In this document: positions 1 through 10,500 of the stretch, one piece after another
How the letters are laid out: each line of letters starts with the position of its first letter
Position numbering within the stretch: the first letter of the stretch is position 1
NCBI GenBank assembly: GCA_028875345.1
Contig: JAPPEG010000041.1
Coordinates: forward strand, 874-64,873
Direction: 5' to 3'
Length of the DNA stretch: 64,000 nucleotides
From: Gemmatimonadota bacterium
GTDB lineage: Bacteria; Latescibacterota; UBA2968; UBA8231
Program-made: the position numbers and the translations under genes
The notes under the pieces: model-generated
What the model saw: the letters and a program-made list of their open reading frames with translations, nothing else
Told to the model about the DNA's origin: nothing
Databases searched by the model: none

Positions 1-2444
1 ACCGAGTAGGCCAAGGCCCGCGCTTCGCGAATCTCTTGGAATACAATGCCGGCCATGCCGCCGTAGAAGTAGTCGTTAAACAGCTCTACTGCTGGCTCGA
101 GCGCCGCTTGGTAGGGCACATCCACGTATTCGATCCTCACCAAGGCTTGAGCCATTTCCTTGTCAAAAAAGTAGATCTGAGTTTTTTCGGGCTGGGTAAA
201 CTCCAAAACCTGATAGGGCGGTGGTTCGACCGGCGCCTCAGGCAATGGGTAGTGCTGGGCGAGAATGGCTTGTACGTCCTCGATGGTTTGCGACCCGGTG
301 TAGCTGAGGGTCTGGCGATAAGAGAGCAAGCCGCTCAACAAGTCGAGCAACTCCTCGCGTCCTAGGGCGCGAACTTCCTCGTTGGAAAGAACCCGGCGGT
401 AATACGCCATGTCGCCCAAGCGGTGATAGCGGTAGAGAGCTTCGTGGATGGTGCGGTGATCCTTGAGCGCGTCGTCGCGCCGAGCGATGATGATGGCCTG
501 AAGCTCGGCGAGCGTGGCATCGTCCGTGGTCGGATCGTGCATTAACTCGGACAATAAGGCCAGCGACGCAGCGAAATTTTCATCGAGGCCCGAGATGGAA
601 ATCGTGGTCTCTTGGTCGCCGACGCTCATCCTAAAGTCGGTGCCCAACTTGTACCATTCCTTTTTCAGCTCTTCGGACGCAAAGCGCGGGGTGCCCGACT
701 TGTCGAGCAGTTCGCGGGCCACGGGCAGGCGCTTTTCGGTTAGGGAGCCGATATCGATCGCGATAGAAAATTCAAAGAGGTCGTTGAGTGGATTGCGGGC
801 GTAGTAGAGCTTGCTGCCGCCCGCCAACTCGCGGGTAGTGAAGTCGCGCTCGGGCACAAGGTAGGCCGGCTCGACCTCCGCAAAGGGCATGGCCATGACC
901 TCGGCGAAAAAGGCCGATTGGCGCGAGGCGTCGATGTCGATTTTGTCGATGGGCGGCTTGGCGATTTCGGGTATGTCCTGTTCGCCGTCGCGGCGGTAGC
1001 CAGCGACATGCGCTCCGTTGAAGTACTTATTGGCGACTTCGACGATGTCGTGCTTTTCGATCTCGGCCATGCGGTCGAGGGCGCGCACCGCGTGGCTCCA
1101 TTCCTCAAACCCGAGATACGCATCGCGCATGGAGCTGACCCGGGAATTGTTGTTTTCCTGCCCCTGTTTTACGCTCTTCTTGAAATCGGTGACAATGGCC
1201 GGAATGATCCAATCCTCGAATTGCCCCTCCTTAATCAGGTAGATCTGCTCCAAGAGCAGGGCCTCGACTTCCTCAAGGGTTTGGTCCTGTTTGGGGATGC
1301 CCCACAAGTACTGGGCGCCGTAGTCGTTGAGTAGATAGGGATAGGAGCCGGCTTCGCGCACCTTCTGCTGCTGGTTGAGGTTGAGGTTGATCAGCCCGGC
1401 CGTGGCGTTGTCGAGGATCATGTCGAGGATTTGCAGCGTCTCGGCGTCCTCGTGCGAGCGCTCGGCGGTGCGGAAAGCCAACAGCACGTATTCCTCGCCG
1501 GGATAATTGACCTCGATCCGTTCTGCTCCGTTGATCGCAGGTTCTTTGTAGGTGGGGAATGAGGGCAGTTCCCGGCGCTCCCAGAGAGAAAATTCGCGGT
1601 CGATGAGCTGGATGGTCTCGTCGATGTCGATGTCGCCGGAGATGAAGATCGCCATGTTGTTGGGCACGTAGTACGTGTTGTAAAACTCGTACATGCGCTC
1701 TAGCGAGGGGTTTTTTAGGTGCTCTACTGTGCCTAGTGTGGTGACGCGGTAGGGATGGACTTTGTAGAACTGCTCCTGCACGGCTTTGTGGATGACGCGG
1801 CTCTTGTTGTCGAGGGCGCGGTTTTTTTCCTCATAGACGGTTTCCAACTCGGTTTGGAAAAGGCGGAAGACGGGTTCGTGAAAGCGCTCGGCCTCGACCT
1901 TGGCCCATTGGGCTAGGCGATTGGCCGGCAACTCCACCTTATAGACGGTTTCCTCGACCCAAGTGTGGGCGTTGAGGCCGCGCTCGCCCATTGCGGTGTA
2001 GAGGCGGTCGAGTTCATTGGGAATGGCGTAGGCCGCGGCGAGTTGGTTCTCGGCGTTGATCTGGGCGTAGATTGCGGCCCTTTCTTCTGGATCGGTCTCG
2101 CCAAAGTGCTGCTCGTAGAGCGCCTCGATGCGGTCGAGGTGGACCTGCTCCTTTTCGTAGTCGAGGGTGCCGATTTTTTTGCTGCCCTTGAAGAGCATGT
2201 GCTCTAGGTAATGGGCAATGCCGGTGGCGTCTTGGGGGTCGTGCTTGGAACCGGCGCGGACGGCGATTTCGCCGTAGAAGCGCGGCTCTTCTGTGTTCTG
2301 GGTCAAATAGACTGTCAGGCCATTATCCAATTGGTAGATGTGGGCCTGCATGGGGTCTTTGGGGTCTGGGCCGTGGAGTAGTTTGTACTCCGCGGGAAGG
2401 GCCTCGGCCAAGGCGAGAAAGAAGAGTGCGTACAGTAAGGGCAT
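1..2444 (-). CDS. M16 (pitrilysin/insulinase) family zinc metallopeptidase, probably secreted; C-terminal end runs off the window
   Basis: The minus-strand frame is open from ATG (2444-2442) to the window edge; it is absent from the ORF track because there is no stop in the window. By-eye translation MPLLYALFFLALAEALPAEY...DATGIAHYLEHMLFKGS carries the inverted zinc motif HxxEH (HYLEH). More than 800 aa of plausible protein sequence follow. Confidence 0.85.
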   Translation of the reverse strand, partial: MPLLYALFFLALAEALPAEYKLLHGPDPKDPMQAHIYQLDNGLTVYLTQNTEEPRFYGEIAVRAGSKHDPQDATGIAHYLEHMLFKGSKKIGTLDYEKEQVHLDRIEALYEQHFGETDPEERAAIYAQINAENQLAAAYAIPNELDRLYTAMGERGLNAHTWVEETVYKVELPANRLAQWAKVEAERFHEPVFRLFQTELETVYEEKNRALDNKSRVIHKAVQEQFYKVHPYRVTTLGTVEHLKNPSLERMYEFYNTYYVPNNMAIFISGDIDIDETIQLIDREFSLWERRELPSFPTYKEPAINGAERIEVNYPGEEYVLLAFRTAERSHEDAETLQILDMILDNATAGLINLNLNQQQKVREAGSYPYLLNDYGAQYLWGIPKQDQTLEEVEALLLEQIYLIKEGQFEDWIIPAIVTDFKKSVKQGQENNNSRVSSMRDAYLGFEEWSHAVRALDRMAEIEKHDIVEVANKYFNGAHVAGYRRDGEQDIPEIAKPPIDKIDIDASRQSAFFAEVMAMPFAEVEPAYLVPERDFTTRELAGGSKLYYARNPLNDLFEFSIAIDIGSLTEKRLPVARELLDKSGTPRFASEELKKEWYKLGTDFRMSVGDQETTISISGLDENFAASLALLSELMHDPTTDDATLAELQAIIIARRDDALKDHRTIHEALYRYHRLGDMAYYRRVLSNEEVRALGREELLDLLSGLLSYRQTLSYTGSQTIEDVQAILAQHYPLPEAPVEPPPYQVLEFTQPEKTQIYFFDKEMAQALVRIEYVDVPYQAALEPAVELFNDYFYGGMAGIVFQEIREARALAYS

Positions 2445-2620
2445 GATTGATCCTTTGTTCGGAGTGTGAGTTGTATAACGGAATTATCGGAAATACGAGA
2501 AAGGAGTGAATTATGGCAAGTCCACAAGGGAACGAGCGACGCGTTGGGTTGGCACGTTTTTTTCTTTGTCATACGTAGCGCACTACAGTGACCCATGACG
2601 TGGTCTTTGGGTAACGGGAA

Positions 2621-3298
2621 TTGGGAAAAATAGAAACACTACAGACATGGGGTCGTGCCCTGTTGGACTTTGCCTATCCGCCGCATTGCGCGGTTTGCGA
2701 AGCGGACATTGAGGCCGCCGAGTTGCTATGCGGATCGTGTTGGGCGGAGATTGTGACGCGCCGCTCGCATCCTCAGACCGAGGATGGAAGCCGTGCGTTT
2801 GAACAGGTCGTCGCCTTGGGATCTTTCACCGGCGCACTGCAACAGGCCATTTACGCGCTTAAATTTCGCAACCAAGTGCGGCTAGGGAGGGCGTTGGGCG
2901 AGCGCATGGGGCAGTGCTTGGCCGAGCAACTCGCTCCGCTGGATTGCTTGTTGCCCGTGCCCTTGCACCCGGCCCGGCAGCGGGAGCGCGGGTTCAATCA
3001 GAGCGCGGAAATCGCCGCTGGGTTAGGGGCCGTGTTGGGCGTACCCGTGTGCCAAGGAGTTGTGCGGCGGCGGAGAAATACGCGGCAGCAAGCCTTTTTG
3101 TCGGCAGAGGAACGCCGCGCCAATCTCCGCGGTGCCTTTGCGCCCGTGGCTGCGCTGCCTGCAAGCGTTCGGATCGGGATAGTAGATGACGTGTGGACGA
3201 CCGGAGAGACCATGGCTGCCTGTGCCCAAGCCGTGGAAAGCGACCGCCTGTGGGCCGTTGTCTTGGCGCACTCGGGCGCGGGCGATCTATTGACCTAA
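2621..3298 (+). CDS. comF: ComF/ComFC family phosphoribosyltransferase-like protein
   Basis: 225-aa ORF with N-terminal Cys pairs (CAVCE...CGSCW), an RGFNQS motif and the PRTase loop VDDVWTTGETM. The start codon (TTG at 2621) is uncertain. Confidence 0.8.
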   Translation: MGKIETLQTWGRALLDFAYPPHCAVCEADIEAAELLCGSCWAEIVTRRSHPQTEDGSRAFEQVVALGSFTGALQQAIYALKFRNQVRLGRALGERMGQCLAEQLAPLDCLLPVPLHPARQRERGFNQSAEIAAGLGAVLGVPVCQGVVRRRRNTRQQAFLSAEERRANLRGAFAPVAALPASVRIGIVDDVWTTGETMAACAQAVESDRLWAVVLAHSGAGDLLT

Positions 3299-3386
3299 TT
3301 CTAACAAATTCCTACATTTAGGCGCTTTTGGAACCCCCCATAATTCAAACTGTACCAAAGTTGGTCGCGAGCCAAGGAGTCCGTAT

Positions 3387-4436
3387 ATGGCCGAAAAGAC
3401 GATCGGCATATTGACCGGAGGAGGCGACTGTCCAGGTCTCAATGCCGTCATTCGCGCTGTGGTGCGCAAGGGCATTACTGCGTACCGATATCGCTTTCGC
3501 GGCATTCTCAAGGGCTGGAAAGGAATGATGGAGTGCGACTGGGAGCCTTTGGGCCCGGAAGAAATTTCCGGCATTTTGCCCAAGGGCGGCACCATCCTCG
3601 GCACGTCGCGCACCAACCCGTTCAAAGAGGAAGATGGCGGTGAAATCGTCGTCGATAACATGCGACGGATGAAATTAGATGCCCTCGTGGCCATCGGTGG
3701 CGAGGACACACTCGGGGTTGCCAACAAACTGGCGAGTATGGGCGTGCCAGTCATAGGCGTGCCCAAGACCATCGACAACGATCTGAATGGCACGGACTAC
3801 ACGTTTGGTTTTGACACCGCAGTCAATATCGTCACCGAAGCCATCGACCGAATTCACACCACGGCTGAATCCCACAACCGAGTGATGGTCATTGAGGTCA
3901 TGGGGCGACACAGCGGTTGGATTGCCCTCTACGCTGGCTTGGCCGGTGGCGCGGATATGATCCTCATTCCCGAGCAGAAGTACACCATTCAGGAAATCGT
4001 CAGCACCATCCGCAAACGACACGAGCGCGGCAAGGACTTTTCGATCGTGGTCGTGGCCGAGGGGGCACAGGTCTCAGCGGAAGGCAAGGAGAACGAATAC
4101 GTGGTCTCCGAGGGAGGACTCGACGAATTCGGCCACGTCAAGCTGGGCGGCATCGGCCAACTCGTCGCCAACGCGGTCGAGGAGGCAACGAGCTACGAGA
4201 CGCGGGTTACGGTGCTGGGGCACTTGCAGCGCGGGGGGACGCCCACGGCCTTCGACCGCGTCTTGGGCACGCGCTTTGGCATTGCCGCCATCGACTTGGT
4301 GCACGCCGGCGATTTCGGCAAGATGGTGAGTCTGCAAGGCAATGAAATCGTGGCGATCCCACTGGCCGACGCGGTCAATCAGCTCAAGATAGTTGACCAA
4401 GAGCTATACGATTTAGCGACGGTATTCTTCGGTTGA
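3387..4436 (+). CDS. pfkA: 6-phosphofructokinase (family A; ATP- or PPi-dependent not decidable)
   Basis: 349 aa with motifs GILTGGGDCPGLNAVIR, AIGGEDTLG and GVPKTIDNDL. Confidence 0.9.
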   Translation: MAEKTIGILTGGGDCPGLNAVIRAVVRKGITAYRYRFRGILKGWKGMMECDWEPLGPEEISGILPKGGTILGTSRTNPFKEEDGGEIVVDNMRRMKLDALVAIGGEDTLGVANKLASMGVPVIGVPKTIDNDLNGTDYTFGFDTAVNIVTEAIDRIHTTAESHNRVMVIEVMGRHSGWIALYAGLAGGADMILIPEQKYTIQEIVSTIRKRHERGKDFSIVVVAEGAQVSAEGKENEYVVSEGGLDEFGHVKLGGIGQLVANAVEEATSYETRVTVLGHLQRGGTPTAFDRVLGTRFGIAAIDLVHAGDFGKMVSLQGNEIVAIPLADAVNQLKIVDQELYDLATVFFG

Positions 4437-4440
4437 TAGC

Positions 4441-5646
4441 ATGGCTAAGCGCACCATCAGAGACCTCGATGTCGCTGGCAAGCGGATCCTCGTGCGAGTG
4501 GATTTCAACGTGCCGCTCGACGACGAGGACGGCCGAATCGTCGATGACACGCGGATTCGCGCAGCCCTGCCAACGGTTGAGCACTTGTTGACGCAGGGCG
4601 CGTCTGTCATTCTGATGTCGCACTTGGGCCGCCCTCGCGGCCAGCGAGTACCCGCGCTGTCGCTGGCTCCGGTAGCCGAGCGCCTGAGCCAGTTGTTGGG
4701 ACGCGCGGTGGGCATGGCTCCAGACTGCGTCGGTGCCGAGGTCGCAGCCCAAGCCGCTGTCTTGCAGCCAGGGCAAGTCCTGCTTTTGGAGAATGTGCGC
4801 TTCCACCCGGAAGAAGAGCAAAACGAGCAGACTTTTGCCCAGCAGTTGGCCGGCCTGGGCGATGCCTACGTCAACGACGCCTTTGGAGCGGCGCACCGGG
4901 CCCACGCTTCGACCGAGGGGGTGCCGCGCTGTATGGGCGCGGGGGCCAGCGGCCTGTTGATGGAGCAAGAAATTTCCTATCTCGACGAAGCCCTGCGCCG
5001 TCCGCAGCGGCCATTTATCGCCGTTTTGGGCGGGGCTAAGATCTCGGGCAAGATTGAGCTGATTGAGCACTTGCTCGACCGGGTGGATGCCCTGCTCATC
5101 GGCGGCGGCATGGCCTATACCTTTTTCAAGGCCATGGGGCTAGAGATCGGGGATTCGCTGCTCGAAGAGGACCGCCTAAATACGGCCCAGCAGCTATTGA
5201 CCCGAGTCGAAACGGGGGGATTGGACCTCCAGCTTCCCGTGGATTGCGTGGTCGCCGACCGCTTTGCCGCCGATGCCCAAGCGCAAGTAGTCGCCCGCGA
5301 CGCCATCCCTCGCGGTTGGCAGGGCATGGATATCGGTCCCCAGACCCGGCAGTGCTACGCCGACCAGATCGCCCGCGGGGGCACCATAGTGTGGAATGGT
5401 CCCCTCGGAGTGTGCGAGATGGCACCCTTTGCCCAGGGAACTCAACAGATCGTCCAAGCCCTAGCTGCCGCCACCTGCGAGGGTGCGTTGAGCATTATTG
5501 GTGGTGGGGACACAGCCGCGGCTGTAGCCCAAGCCGGATTGGCCCAAGCGATGACTCATATTTCCACTGGGGGTGGGGCTTCGCTGGAGTGCATGAGCGG
5601 GCGGGTCTTGCCCGGGGTAACGGCCTTGGATGACGAGGAAAGCTGA
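4441..5646 (+). CDS. pgk: phosphoglycerate kinase
   Basis: 401 aa. N-terminus RILVRVDFNVPLD, with a full-length PGK-like sequence. Sits directly upstream of tpiA. Confidence 0.95.
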   Translation: MAKRTIRDLDVAGKRILVRVDFNVPLDDEDGRIVDDTRIRAALPTVEHLLTQGASVILMSHLGRPRGQRVPALSLAPVAERLSQLLGRAVGMAPDCVGAEVAAQAAVLQPGQVLLLENVRFHPEEEQNEQTFAQQLAGLGDAYVNDAFGAAHRAHASTEGVPRCMGAGASGLLMEQEISYLDEALRRPQRPFIAVLGGAKISGKIELIEHLLDRVDALLIGGGMAYTFFKAMGLEIGDSLLEEDRLNTAQQLLTRVETGGLDLQLPVDCVVADRFAADAQAQVVARDAIPRGWQGMDIGPQTRQCYADQIARGGTIVWNGPLGVCEMAPFAQGTQQIVQALAAATCEGALSIIGGGDTAAAVAQAGLAQAMTHISTGGGASLECMSGRVLPGVTALDDEES

Positions 5647-5647
5647 G

Positions 5648-6400
5648 ATGCGCCGACCCATTGTCGCTGGCAACTGGAAGATGCACAAGACCGCTGCTGA
5701 GGCCGTCGAACTAGTCGAAGAGATCAAGCCGCTCGTCGCGGGGCTCGACGTAGAAGTCGTCGTCTGTCCGCCATTCACCTGCTTGGAAACCGTGCGCGCG
5801 GCCCTTGCCGACAGCGCCATTGGGCTGGGAGCCCAGAACATGCACTGGGAGCAGCAGGGAGCTTTCACCGGAGAAATATCCTCCGACATGCTCTTGGCGG
5901 CTGGTTGCTCTTACGTGTTGTTAGGGCATTCCGAGCGAAGACAGTTTTGCGGCGAGGACGACTCGCAGGTCAACCGCAAGCTAGCCTGTGCCCTGCAAGC
6001 CGGTCTGTGCCCAATCGTCTGCGTCGGCGAGACCCTGCAAGAGCGCGAAGCTGGCCGAATTGAAGAGGTCGTCCTCGGCCAAGTCGGTGGCGCTATAGCC
6101 GGGATTGAGGCGGGTGCCGCTAGCGCGGTAGTGTGGGCGTACGAGCCGGTTTGGGCGATTGGCACTGGTGTGACGGCGACGGCTGCACAAGCCGAAGAGG
6201 TACATGCGATGATGCGCCACTTCCTTGCTGGGCACCTGGGAAAAGCTGCCGACGACGAGGTGCGCATCCAGTACGGCGGCAGCGTCAAACCCGAAAACGC
6301 AGCCGAGCTTTTTGCCCAAGACAACATCGACGGGGGCTTGATCGGCGGTGCCGCGCTGGACGCCGGGCAGTTTGCCGCTATTGTGAAGGCCGCCCTTTAA
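5648..6400 (+). CDS. tpiA: triosephosphate isomerase
   Basis: Carries [21 protein letters not shown] and a [10 protein letters not shown]-type motif. The ATG at 5648 lies 1 nt after the pgk stop; the ORF-track start at 5630 overlaps pgk and is less likely. Confidence 0.95.
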   Translation: MRRPIVAGNWKMHKTAAEAVELVEEIKPLVAGLDVEVVVCPPFTCLETVRAALADSAIGLGAQNMHWEQQGAFTGEISSDMLLAAGCSYVLLGHSERRQFCGEDDSQVNRKLACALQAGLCPIVCVGETLQEREAGRIEEVVLGQVGGAIAGIEAGAASAVVWAYEPVWAIGTGVTATAAQAEEVHAMMRHFLAGHLGKAADDEVRIQYGGSVKPENAAELFAQDNIDGGLIGGAALDAGQFAAIVKAAL

Positions 6401-6415
6401 CCTTAAATTTATATC

Positions 6416-6455
6416 AATTAGGAATTAGGGTGGAGGTAACTCTTAATTCCTAATT
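6416..6455. repeat. AT-rich perfect 12-bp inverted repeat (AATTAGGAATTA-N16-TAATTCCTAATT) between tpiA and secG
   Basis: Read directly from the sequence. Arms are 6416-6427 and 6444-6455. The 16-nt spacer contains GGAGG. No T-run follows. Confidence 0.6.
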
Positions 6456-6490
6456 CGCAATTACCAAAACTTGGAAGCCATCACAAGATT

Positions 6491-6880
6491 ATGTTTGAGA
6501 TCCTATTTACGATTTTTCACGTGCTGATTTGCGTGCTCCTAGTCGTGACCGTGCTCTTGCAGGCGGGCAAAGGAGGCGGCTTGGCCGGATCAATCGGCGG
6601 AGGCTTGGCTTCTTCCTCGGTGTTGGGCGGCCGTACCGCAGCCACGTTTCTGACCAAGGCCACGACCGTTTTGGCCACGGCTTTTATGCTTAGCTGTTTG
6701 GTGCAGTCAGTGGCCTTTCAGACGGCCGAGACCACTCCGACGACGGCGACGCAACGGACGATGGCCGAGGAACAGGTGCCAGCGGTGCCCACCATCCCGG
6801 AAGCAGAGCACCTGCTCGGTGAGGAAGAAAAGCCGGCTGAGACCCCGACCGCTGAGGAGTCACCGGCCGAGGCTCAGTAG
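6491..6880 (+). CDS. secG: preprotein translocase subunit SecG
   Basis: 129 aa. Hydrophobic N-terminus followed by LLQAGKGGGLAGSIGGG, typical of SecG. Shows the conserved tpiA-secG-tRNA-Leu context. Confidence 0.85.
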   Translation: MFEILFTIFHVLICVLLVVTVLLQAGKGGGLAGSIGGGLASSSVLGGRTAATFLTKATTVLATAFMLSCLVQSVAFQTAETTPTTATQRTMAEEQVPAVPTIPEAEHLLGEEEKPAETPTAEESPAEAQ

Positions 6881-6898
6881 CGGGCCAAACTAATTTTT

Positions 6899-6983
6899 GC
6901 CGAAGTGGTGAAATTGGTAGACACGCTGTCTTGAGGGGGCAGTGCCTTACGGCGTCGGGGTTCGAATCCCCGCTTCGGCACCA
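6899..6983 (+). tRNA. tRNA-Leu (anticodon GAG), class II with long variable arm, CCA encoded
   Basis: Cloverleaf folded by hand: acceptor GCCGAAG/CTTCGGC, anticodon stem CTGTC/GGCAG with loop TTGAGGG, T arm CGGGG-TTCGAAT-CCCCG. Confidence 0.9.
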
Positions 6984-6999
6984 TAATGCAAGTTGACAA

Positions 7000-7031
7000 A
7001 GGGACTGTATAAGCGCACAGTCCCTTTTTTT
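7000..7031 (+). terminator. intrinsic terminator after tRNA-Leu (hairpin also usable by the convergent minus-strand gene)
   Basis: 9-bp stem AGGGACTGT/ACAGTCCCT with an 8-nt loop, followed by a T7 run. Confidence 0.7.
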
Positions 7032-7040
7032 GTGCGGACG

Positions 7041-7289
7041 CTAGCGGAGTGGAATAGCCTCGTCAAGCAGCAGGATGGGGATTTCGTCCTGAATCGGATA
7101 GAGGTACGCGCCATCCGCGCGCACTAGGCCGCCGTCGATCTTACCTTCTACGGTTTTGCCGGCCCGATTCTTGACTTCCCCGCGTGCAATGCGGCTGTTG
7201 AGCGCAGCGATGAGGTCTTCCTCGGCGAGCGCGACCGGCTCTTTAGTCTCGGGGCAGGCGAGAATTGCCAACAGCTCTTGGTCAATCAT
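7041..7289 (-). CDS. Trm112/YcaR family small protein
   Basis: 82 aa. Carries LLAILACPETKEPV and a C-terminal YPIQDEIPILLLDEAI pattern characteristic of the Trm112 (UPF0434) family. Confidence 0.8.
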   Translation of the reverse strand: MIDQELLAILACPETKEPVALAEEDLIAALNSRIARGEVKNRAGKTVEGKIDGGLVRADGAYLYPIQDEIPILLLDEAIPLR

Positions 7290-7456
7290 CTGATATATCT
7301 CCTCGGCAAAAAATTAAAGATAGACCGGTCTATTTCTAGCGACAAGTTAGCAGTGCAGGTGGGTGCGGTCTGTTTTGTCAACGGTGTATAACAAATTCTC
7401 TTTTTGTAAATAAAATAATAATAAAATGTTATAAAAATGGCCTCTTCTGTGGGACA

Positions 7457-7485
7457 TTGACATCCCCTTTTGAATTGGCTATGCT
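7457..7485 (+). promoter_or_regulatory. candidate sigma70-type promoter for dnaE (TTGACA-17-TATGCT)
   Basis: Hexamers read at 7457-7462 and 7480-7485, inside an AT-rich divergent intergenic region. Confidence 0.3.
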
Positions 7486-7587
7486 TCACCCGAGGCGATG
7501 CCCTTCCCTAGACAGTCTGGCCCGTTGTTCGGCCGCATTCTCTAAGTTCAAAGATTTTTACTAGCGCATACAGTAGCGGAGGTGATC

Positions 7588-10500
7588 ATGGCTTCGGCTG
7601 GTTTCGTCCATTTACACGGTCACAGCGAATACAGCCTGCTCGATGGAGCTTGTCGGATTGGCGAGATGGCCGAGTTGGCGGCCGAGCAGGGCATGCCCGC
7701 CTTGGCTATCACAGATCACGGCAACCTCTTCGGCGTCATCGAGCACTACAAGACCTGCCAAGACGCTGGCATTAAGCCCATCATCGGCTGCGAAGTTTAT
7801 GTGGCGATTGATAGCCGCCACTCGCGCCAAGCCGCCCGCGGCCTAACTCACGCCTCCAACCACCTGGTTTTACTGGCCAAAGACGCCACCGGCTACCGCA
7901 ATCTGACCAAGCTCGTCTCCAAGGGCTATCTCGAAGGTTATTACTACAATCCCCGCATAGACAAGGAACTTTTGCGCGAACACGCCGAGGGCCTGATTTG
8001 CATGTCGGCCTGCATCGGCGGCGAGATTCCACATCTGATCCAGCGCGAGGGGCTAGCCACAGCCGAAAAGGTCGCCCGCGAGTTTATGGACATCTTCGGC
8101 GATGACTACTATTTGGAGATCCAGCGCCACGACATCGACCCTGAAGCCAAGGTGAACGATGGCCTGCTCAAGCTGCATCGCAAGCTAGGGGTGCCGCTGG
8201 TGGCCACTAACGATTTCCACTTCCTGCGCGCCACCGACCACGACGCCCACGACGCCCTGATTTGCATTCAGACAAACAAGACGGTTGACGAGAAAAATCG
8301 CCTGTGCTATCCCGACGGACTCTACATGAAGAGTCCCGACGAGATGCGAACGCTGTTTGCGGATTTGCCCGATGCGCTGGAGCGCACTCTCGAAATTGCC
8401 GACAAGTGCAATGTCGAACTCGAGTTCGGAAAAACCTATATGCCGGATTTTCCGATCCCGACTGGCTACGCCTCCAGCGACGACTATCTGACGCAACTGG
8501 CGCAGGAGGGTTTGGAGAGGCGCTACGGCACCGTCGATCCGGCAGTGCAAGAGCGGCTTGACTACGAGCTAAGCGTCATCACCAGCCAGGATTTTTCCGG
8601 CTATTTCCTCATCGTATGGGACCTTGTCAACTACGCCCGTAATCAGGGCATTTCCGTGGGGCCGGGTCGCGGCTCGGCCGCTGGCTGCTTGGCCTCGTAT
8701 TGCCTCGGCATTACCAATGTAGATCCCATCAAGTACGACCTGATCTTCGAGCGCTTTCTCAATCCCGAACGCATTGAGCCACCTGATATCGATGTCGATT
8801 TTGACGACACCCGGCGCGACGAGGTGCTGCGCTATGTGGTGGATAAGTACGGCAAGGATAACGTCTCGCGGGTCATCACGTTTGGGACTATGGGAGCTAA
8901 AGCGGTGGTGCGCGATGTCGGACGGGTTTTGGGCATGCCCTTTGGCGAGGTGGATCGCATCGCCAAGCAGGTGCCGACCGAACTAAAAATTACTCTCGAC
9001 AAGGCCATCGAGCGGGTGCCCGAGCTACAGCAGCTAGCCCAAATGCCCGGCAACGAGGGCAAGCTGGTCGAGTACGCTCGCAAGCTGGAGGGCATGGCGC
9101 GTCACGCCTCGGTCCACGCCTGCGCGGTCATCATCGCTCCTGGCGAACTGACCAACTACGTGCCGCTCTATCGCGCTCCCAAAGACGGGACTATAACCAC
9201 CCAGTTCGTCGGCGAGACCTGCATGGACATCGGTTTGCTGAAGATGGACATCTTGGGTTTGAAGGAGTTGTCGCTGGTCGATGAGGCTGTGCGCTTGATT
9301 CAACTCAAGGAGCCGGGCTTTAATTTGGAAACCATCCCGTGGGACGATCGAGCTACTTTCGATCTTTTCGGACGTGGCGAGACGATCGGCGTTTTCCAAT
9401 TTGAATCCGCGGGAATGCGCGAATACCTGAGCAAGCTCAAGCCGGATACCATCGAAGACATTATCGCCATGAACGCCCTCTATCGCCCGGGGCCGATGGA
9501 CAATATCCCGACCTTCATCGCCCGCAAGCGCGGTGAAGAGGCCGTCTCTTACGATCACCCCAAGTTGGAGTCGATTTTGGAGCCGACCTATGGAATTATG
9601 GTCTATCAGGAGCAGGTCATGCGCATCGCCCAAGAACTGGCCGGTTTCACCCTCGGCCAAGCCGATATTTTGCGCAAGGCGATGGGCAAGAAAAAGCCCG
9701 AGGAAATGGCCAAGGTCAAAAAGGATTTTGTCGGCGGCTGCGTTGCAAACGGGGTGGAAAAATCATTGGCCAATAAGCTGTTCGGCGAAATCGAGATTTT
9801 TGCCGGCTACGCCTTCAACAAGTCGCACTCGGTTTGCTATGCCGAAGGTGCATACAAAAACGCGTATCTCAAGGCCAATTATCCTCAAGAGTACATGGCC
9901 GCTAGCCTGACCATTGAGCGCAGCAACACCGACCGGCTGACCGTCTTGCTAGACGACTGTCGCCGCATGGGCATCCCCGTCCTGCCGCCCGATGTCAACC
10001 GGAGTACGCTCAACTTCACGCCGACGGACGAGGGCATTCGCTACGGCTTGGCGGCGATCAAGAACGCCGGCGAGGGCGCAGTGCAGAGCATGGTCGATAC
10101 GCGGATTGCAGACGGGCCGTTTACCACTCTCTTTGAGTTCTGCGAGCGCATTGATTTGCGCGCGGTCAACCGGCGCGTGGTCGAGAGTCTGATTGCTGCT
10201 GGCGCATTGGACAGCCTTGAAGGCCATCGCGCACAGAAAATGGAAGCGCTAGAGCTGGCGTTAAAGGCTGCGGGTAAGGCCCAGGAAGACCGCGAAAAGG
10301 GGCAGATTAGCCTCTTCGACGGAGGCGACTCGTCCGAGTTAGTGGTGCAGGACCTACCCGAGGTCGAGGAGTGGGCCGAGCGCGAGAAGCTGGCCAAGGA
10401 ACGCGACCTGTTGGGCCTCTATATCTCCAGCCATCCACTCAAGCCCTACGCCCGAGATCTCAAAAACTTCGCGCGACCCCTAAGCGAGATAGATGGGCAA

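Noticed and set aside
7286-7489. 67-aa ORF (-) in the AT-rich region between the Trm112-like gene and dnaE.
   Set aside because: It lies in a promoter-type AT-rich intergenic region. The translation is Phe/Tyr/Ile/Lys-rich low complexity, it overlaps the Trm112-like start, and it has no RBS.
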